Below, piece by piece: positions 35,811 through 38,078 of a stretch of 38,078 bases of DNA. A model generated the notes under the pieces. The model saw only the letters and a program-made list of their open reading frames with translations. It did no database searches and was not told where the DNA came from. Source of the stretch: Octopus bimaculoides (Eukaryota); contig NC_068983.1 of NCBI RefSeq assembly GCF_001194135.2, positions 129,220,004-129,258,081 of the forward strand, written 5' to 3'. Each line of letters begins with the position of its first letter. Position 1 is the first letter of the stretch. The translations under genes were made by a program, and so were the position numbers.

Positions 35811-37439
35811 ATAATGAATTAAATCAATAGGTCCAGAGGAGCGTTTCTTGAATTATTTTCTTAACTGCAGGTGGTCTTACATTATATACACATCCTACTA
35901 AATATGTTCTCATGCTTTTCCTCTCTGATAGCAGTTGATTCTATGAAATGAGAAGCCAAATATACGTTCCGATTTCATATCAAATTTATAATATTTTTTC
36001 AGTATATATGACACATGTTTCCAGCTTGAATATGTCTTGACAAGGGAAACACAAAAGATCAGTTTCGTAATGATTAAAAGAAAGCAATGGTAACACAGCA
36101 TCTTCACCTGATACATATGTATTTGCAACACCTAAGAATAGATTTTTCCGTGCAAAATCTATCTCCTTTACTTCGTCCTTTTTCGTAATTTGCAAAGTAA
36201 CATATAAACCATGTATATATATATATATATATATATATATNNNNNNNNNNNNNNNNNNNNNNNNNNNNNNNNNNNNNNNNNNNNNNNNNNNNNNNNNNNN
36301 NNNNNNNNNNNNNNNNNNNNNNNNNNNNNNNNNNNNNNNNNNNNNNNNNNNNNNNNNNNNNNNNNNNNNNNNNNNNNNNNNNNNNNNNNNNNNNNNNNNN
36401 NNNNNNNNNNNNNNNNNNNNNNNNNNNNNNNNNNNNNNNNNNNNNNNNNNNNNNNNNNNNNNNNNNNNNNNNNNNNNNNNNNNNNNNNNNNNNNNNNNNN
36501 NNNNNNNNNNNNNNNNNNNNNNNNNNNNNNNNNNNNNNNNNNNNNNNNNNNNNNNNNNNNNNNNNNNNNNNNNNNNNNNNNNNNNNNNNNNNNNNNNNNN
36601 NNNNNNNNNNNNNNNNNNNNNNNNNNNNNNNNNNNNNNNNNNNNNNNNNNNNNNNNNNNNNNNNNNNNNNNNNNNNNNNNNNNNNNNNNNNNNNNNNNNN
36701 NNNNNNNNNNNNNNNNNNNNNNNNNNNNNNNNNNNNNNNNNNNNNNNNNNNNNNNNNNNNNNNNNNNNNNNNNNNNNNNNNNNNNNNNNNNNNNNNNNNN
36801 NNNNNNNNNNNNNNNNNNNNNNNNNNNNNNNNNNNNNNNNNNNNNNNNNNNNNNNNNNNNNNNNNNNNNNNNNNNNNNNNNNNNNNNNNNNNNNNNNNNN
36901 NNNNNNNNNNNNNNNNNNNNNNNNNNNNNNNNNNNNNNNNNNNNNNNNNNNNNNNNNNNNNNNNNNNNNNNNNNNNNNNNNNNNNNNNNNNNNNNNNNNN
37001 NNNNNNNNNNNNNNNNNNNNNNNNNNNNNNNNNNNNNNNNNNNNNNNNNNNNNNNNNNNNNNNNNNNNNNNNNNNNNNNNNNNNNNNNNNNNNNNNNNNN
37101 NNNNNNNNNNNNNNNNNNNNNNNNNNNNNNNNNNNNNNNNNNNNNNNNNNNNNNNNNNNNNNNNNNNNNNNNNNNNNNNNNNNNNNNNNNNNNNNNNNNN
37201 NNNNNNNNNNNNNNNNNNNNNNNCGTCATTTCGATACCTGAATCATATATCAATGGAAACTTATTGACAAATATGTGCTTGATGATTTGATATCCAAACG
37301 TTCTTTAATGCTTCATATTATATGTCGAATCAACTCATGAAAATATATATTTAAATATAAACTGCATGTTGACTCTATATTTTTCTGTGTGCCACCCGCC
37401 TACACACATCTGTGTGTGTATCTGCGTATGTGTGCATGC

Positions 37440-37440
37440 G

Positions 37441-37512
<72 letters not shown>

Positions 37513-37540
37513 TGTTCGTGTGTTCGCGTATGTGTGTGAC
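37440..37540. repeat. (GT)n microsatellite
   Basis: Direct reading of the sequence. Confidence 0.95.
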
Positions 37541-38029
37541 AAGCAGTAACAATCTCTATAGTGAATTGAATCTGTAAGAAAGAATACAGAATAGGGAAAA
37601 TAATATTCAAAAGAAGATTACTGTTCTAAGCATATAATGTGAATATTTGATTATGAATATATCAACATCCCTTCATTTTCTTTTTGTCATAAATATAAAC
37701 ATTACAAAATATATTAATCTAGATCTATTTAAACATTTATTACATTAAATATTATTAATTTGAACCTCAAATAATACAGTTTTATTTTATGGTGGCATAT
37801 AAAGTCTATGACATAAAAACGATGTTTTATTGACGCTTCGCGGAAATTCACTTCAAAACCAATAATCACTTGGTAAAGTAGGTTGTAAAACGTAGAAATA
37901 TATCAGCTTTCACAGTGTTACCTATAATAATTAACAATCAAGAAGATTTTTGTGCGAGTTTATGTATGTTCGTATGTATTTATTTGGTTATACACACACA
38001 CATATATACATATACATACATACATACAT

Positions 38030-38078
<49 letters not shown>

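Larger units (their letters stand above)
3419..37223. other. Six assembly gaps: 3419-4413, 5359-6083, 16541-16550, 18530-19121, 20272-20493, 36241-37223
   Basis: N runs, each abutting a (CT)n, (TA)n, (TAA)n or (CA)n repeat on at least one side. Confidence 0.99.

Noticed and set aside
3277-37290. Long ORFs (178-385 aa) in the supplied track at 3.3-4.5, 5.3-6.2, 18.5-19.1, 20.0-20.8 and 36.2-37.3 kb
   Set aside because: They are open only because they span N gaps.
1-38078. CRISPR arrays, rRNA, operons or prokaryotic contamination
   Set aside because: No regularly spaced repeats, rRNA signatures or gene-dense segments; composition is uniformly eukaryotic non-coding.

Overview
AT-rich, microsatellite-dense eukaryotic DNA with six N gaps. 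It is most likely from an Octopus draft assembly, inferred from the SINE families and the gaps flanked by simple repeats; I cannot confirm the species. I recognise no host protein-coding gene, and all long ORFs in the supplied track are gap or microsatellite artefacts. The window is intronic/intergenic and carries decayed retroelements: HERO-like and R4/Dong-like restriction-like endonuclease (RLE) fragments, two Penelope-like element (PLE) remnants, two or three RTE-type LINE fragments, about ten copies of several tRNA-derived SINE families, a possible solo LTR and an AT-rich foldback. The most striking observation is a ~150-bp near-perfect palindrome at 17204-17356, downstream of a PLE GIY-YIG C-terminal remnant. 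Each arm encodes a complete minimal type I hammerhead ribozyme fold, one per strand, head-to-head. The only two differences in the 45-bp inner stem fall at ribozyme core position 4 and the cleavage residue 17. A second PLE (19183-19815) has an in-frame TGA exactly at the first Cys of its CxxC motif, as expected for selenoprotein-type Naiad PLEs, but the copy is decayed so this is unproven.
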